Part shown: in pieces, positions 62,031 through 64,000 of the stretch
Position numbering within the stretch: the first letter of the stretch is position 1
Layout: each line of letters starts with the position of its first letter
Source: a virus
IMG/VR virus record: IMGVR_UViG_3300042691_030495
Length of the DNA: 64,000 nucleotides
Reading direction: 5' to 3' (one strand)
Position numbers and translations under genes: made by a program
Notes under the pieces: model-generated
Database searches by the model: none
What the model was told of the DNA's origin: nothing
The model's input: only the letters and a program-made list of their open reading frames with translations

Positions 62031-63060
62031 TTAGCAATCTTTGATCGCTCTGAGACAGATCCACAGCTTTCTCTCCAAACTGTAGTGCAGCATCATATTG
62101 CTTTAAATTGTACGCAGCGATAGCAGCTAAGTCGTATGGGACTGACCCCCAGGCAAACTCTTCGCAGAGGTAGTCTAGAGGCTTCTCTTCTATCTCGATA
62201 GCCTTCTTAGCAAACTCTAAGCACGGTTCCCAGAGCTCTTTGGTGTAGTAGGTCTGAGCTAGCTCAACTAGAGGCTCCCGTCTTCCAGGTGCCTGAGCTA
62301 TCGCTTTTAGTAGCCAGCTTTCGGCATCTTCTAGATCTATCTTTGCTATATACCTTAGGGATGCTGCCCGCTCTGGTGCCCAGGTAGCCCTCCTAAGCTC
62401 CAAATGCCTCTTAAACTCCTCCAGCGCCTCCTGGAAGCGTCCATAAAAGTACAGCTCTCTGGCGTAGTAGAAGGCATTTCTATCGTCTTCTGGGTCCTCC
62501 TGGACCGCCTGAGCTAGTAGTGGTAAGTACTGAGATCTAGGCTTAGAGTCGTCCGCATGGTGATGTATCTCGAGCCCGACCCAGGACTGGGTCTCTTTAG
62601 TTTCTCCATATGGGACCAGCACCTCATGAACTGGGTGCTTCCACTTATATCCAAATCTGGAGTGAATCTTATCTCCGCCGTACTGAAGCCCGGGGATAGT
62701 CTTTTCTGCATCTTTCCAGTTCCAGGTGTACTGGTATCTAGGTCTAGTGGTTTTTTCAGCTAGGGCTTTTTCTAGCTGAGATCTCCAACCAGGGAGCAGA
62801 ACTTCGTCCATGTCTAAAGCAATGCAGTAGTCTATGTCTGCCGGTATTGCGGCTAAAGATGCGTTCCTAGCCATATCAAAGCGCCAGGGTTTAACTAAAA
62901 CATTGATTACATTTATGCCTAACGACTTAGCAAGCTCTACGGTTTTGTCAGTTGATCCAGTGTCCGCAATTAGTAAATAGTCTGCTTCTTTGGCACTGTC
63001 CCACCACGGCTGCACAAACTGCTCTTCGTTTAACGCAATTGTGTATACTGCTACTTTCAT
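61993..63060 (-). CDS. GT2 glycosyltransferase with TPR repeats
   Basis: IADTGSTD, ARNASL, LDMDE (DxD), HPVHE; helical TPR C-half. Confidence 0.9.
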   Translation of the reverse strand: MKVAVYTIALNEEQFVQPWWDSAKEADYLLIADTGSTDKTVELAKSLGINVINVLVKPWRFDMARNASLAAIPADIDYCIALDMDEVLLPGWRSQLEKALAEKTTRPRYQYTWNWKDAEKTIPGLQYGGDKIHSRFGYKWKHPVHEVLVPYGETKETQSWVGLEIHHHADDSKPRSQYLPLLAQAVQEDPEDDRNAFYYARELYFYGRFQEALEEFKRHLELRRATWAPERAASLRYIAKIDLEDAESWLLKAIAQAPGRREPLVELAQTYYTKELWEPCLEFAKKAIEIEEKPLDYLCEEFAWGSVPYDLAAIAAYNLKQYDAALQFGEKAVDLSQSDQRLLTNLIYYRAAVAS

Positions 63061-63062
63061 GG

Positions 63063-64000
63063 CTACCTAACAGCTAAAACGCTTATAAATTCTCTTGGCT
63101 CAAAGTCTCCGCCAAGAACCATAGTGAGAAGTCCTGGCTTTGACTCCATTCCAGCACGATCACGGAACCATTCGCTTCCGGGGTCTGTGGTTGGAGCCTG
63201 AACCCAAAGACGAGTTCCAATGTCCATAGTTCTAAAGTTGTGGAAGTGTCCTGACACCCAGACGTCTGCCAAACCAAGAGCAGTCTGTCCTGCCGCCTGC
63301 TGAGAGATATAACGAAGTGTGTTGTTCTGTCCAGCCTGGTGTCCGTGGAACAGTCCAAGCATAGTTCCTTTAACATCTACAGTTAGTGTCTGATGCCCAA
63401 CAGATGGGTACCTAAACTCGATGTGCTGCAGTGCAGGATTTTCTGCGCAGATGTCTTGAACTGCGGACGCAATTTCTACGTTCCATCCGTCTGACGGATC
63501 TGTCACAACTTGCCTAGTTGCTTCGTCGTGGTTTCCATTTATAACTGGAACAATCATGTGCTCTGCTAGAGGTGCTAAAGCTTTAATCTGAGCTAGAAGC
63601 AATCTTCTAGCAACTCGTACCTGTTCGGTTATTCCGAGGTCGGAGGCTGCTTGTCCTTGGAGTCTTCCGTTTTGGCTGGTAATTCCCTCCACGTGATCGC
63701 CCGGTAACGCCAGACAAATTGTTCCAAGAGAAAGGCCCATCTTTTTATAAGCTTCAAATCTATGCACCGCCGATTCTGTTAGTTGGAGAATTCGACCTAT
63801 TGATTGAGCCGTACCCTCGCCGTTTGCTTTTTTACCTATTTGTTGATCGCTTGGGACTACTGTAAATGCACCGTTTCCAGTTGATGTTTTTACACCTTTT
63901 GCTGGACGCCACTTTTTCATTTCATCTAAAAGCTGCTCTACATCTAAAGAGTCTAAACCAACTGAAGATGATGGTATTAGGTTGACTCGTACTGATTCTA
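63063..64000 (-). CDS. calcineurin-like metallophosphoesterase/nuclease; 5'-truncated by window edge
   Basis: SDQQIG, GDHVE, GNHD, FHGH, GHFH motifs; frame open to window end. Confidence 0.85.
   Translation of the reverse strand, partial: ESVRVNLIPSSSVGLDSLDVEQLLDEMKKWRPAKGVKTSTGNGAFTVVPSDQQIGKKANGEGTAQSIGRILQLTESAVHRFEAYKKMGLSLGTICLALPGDHVEGITSQNGRLQGQAASDLGITEQVRVARRLLLAQIKALAPLAEHMIVPVINGNHDEATRQVVTDPSDGWNVEIASAVQDICAENPALQHIEFRYPSVGHQTLTVDVKGTMLGLFHGHQAGQNNTLRYISQQAAGQTALGLADVWVSGHFHNFRTMDIGTRLWVQAPTTDPGSEWFRDRAGMESKPGLLTMVLGGDFEPREFISVLAVR

Overview
A 64-kb segment of a tailed dsDNA (siphovirus-type) phage, almost certainly infecting an actinobacterium (WhiB, ClgR-like HTH, DUF1360-like gene before the portal, MSMEG_6728-like glycosylase, leaderless genes). 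No integrase, tRNA, rRNA or CRISPR array was seen. Layout: (1) 1-11.7 kb, about a dozen small early cassettes, each with its own promoter and terminator, ending in a secreted subtilisin; (2) 11.7-12.5 kb, a non-coding GATC-repeat array plus AT-rich tract (origin- or pac-like); (3) 12.5-17.4 kb, HTH proteins, NlpC/P60, small membrane proteins, collagen-repeat fibre; (4) 17.4-37 kb, head module (TerL, portal, Dps, two giant multidomain proteins, major capsid); (5) 37-52 kb, neck and tail; (6) 52-62 kb, replication/recombination genes and WhiB; (7) two minus-strand genes at the right end. The main candidate new system is in the head module. An 1813-aa acidic protein is divided into modules by a recurring G-[L/F]-D-Q-[D/A] linker. 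Its gene ends in a canonical -1 slippery site (C CCA AAA) plus hairpin, which would extend it to about 2582 aa with two ArdC-like anti-restriction units, each preceded by the same linker. This looks like a virion-packaged, proteolytically processed cargo polyprotein whose anti-defence tail is dosed by frameshifting. A second linker motif ([LIV]-[VT]-A-[ASG]) recurs through portal, protease and capsid proteins. The early region has its own regulatory pattern: MtrA-box-like and GACAC (WhiA-like) promoters, AAGGGG Shine-Dalgarno sites, and 3' hairpins displaying complementary CCCCC loops. All family calls come from motif recognition by eye, not database searches.
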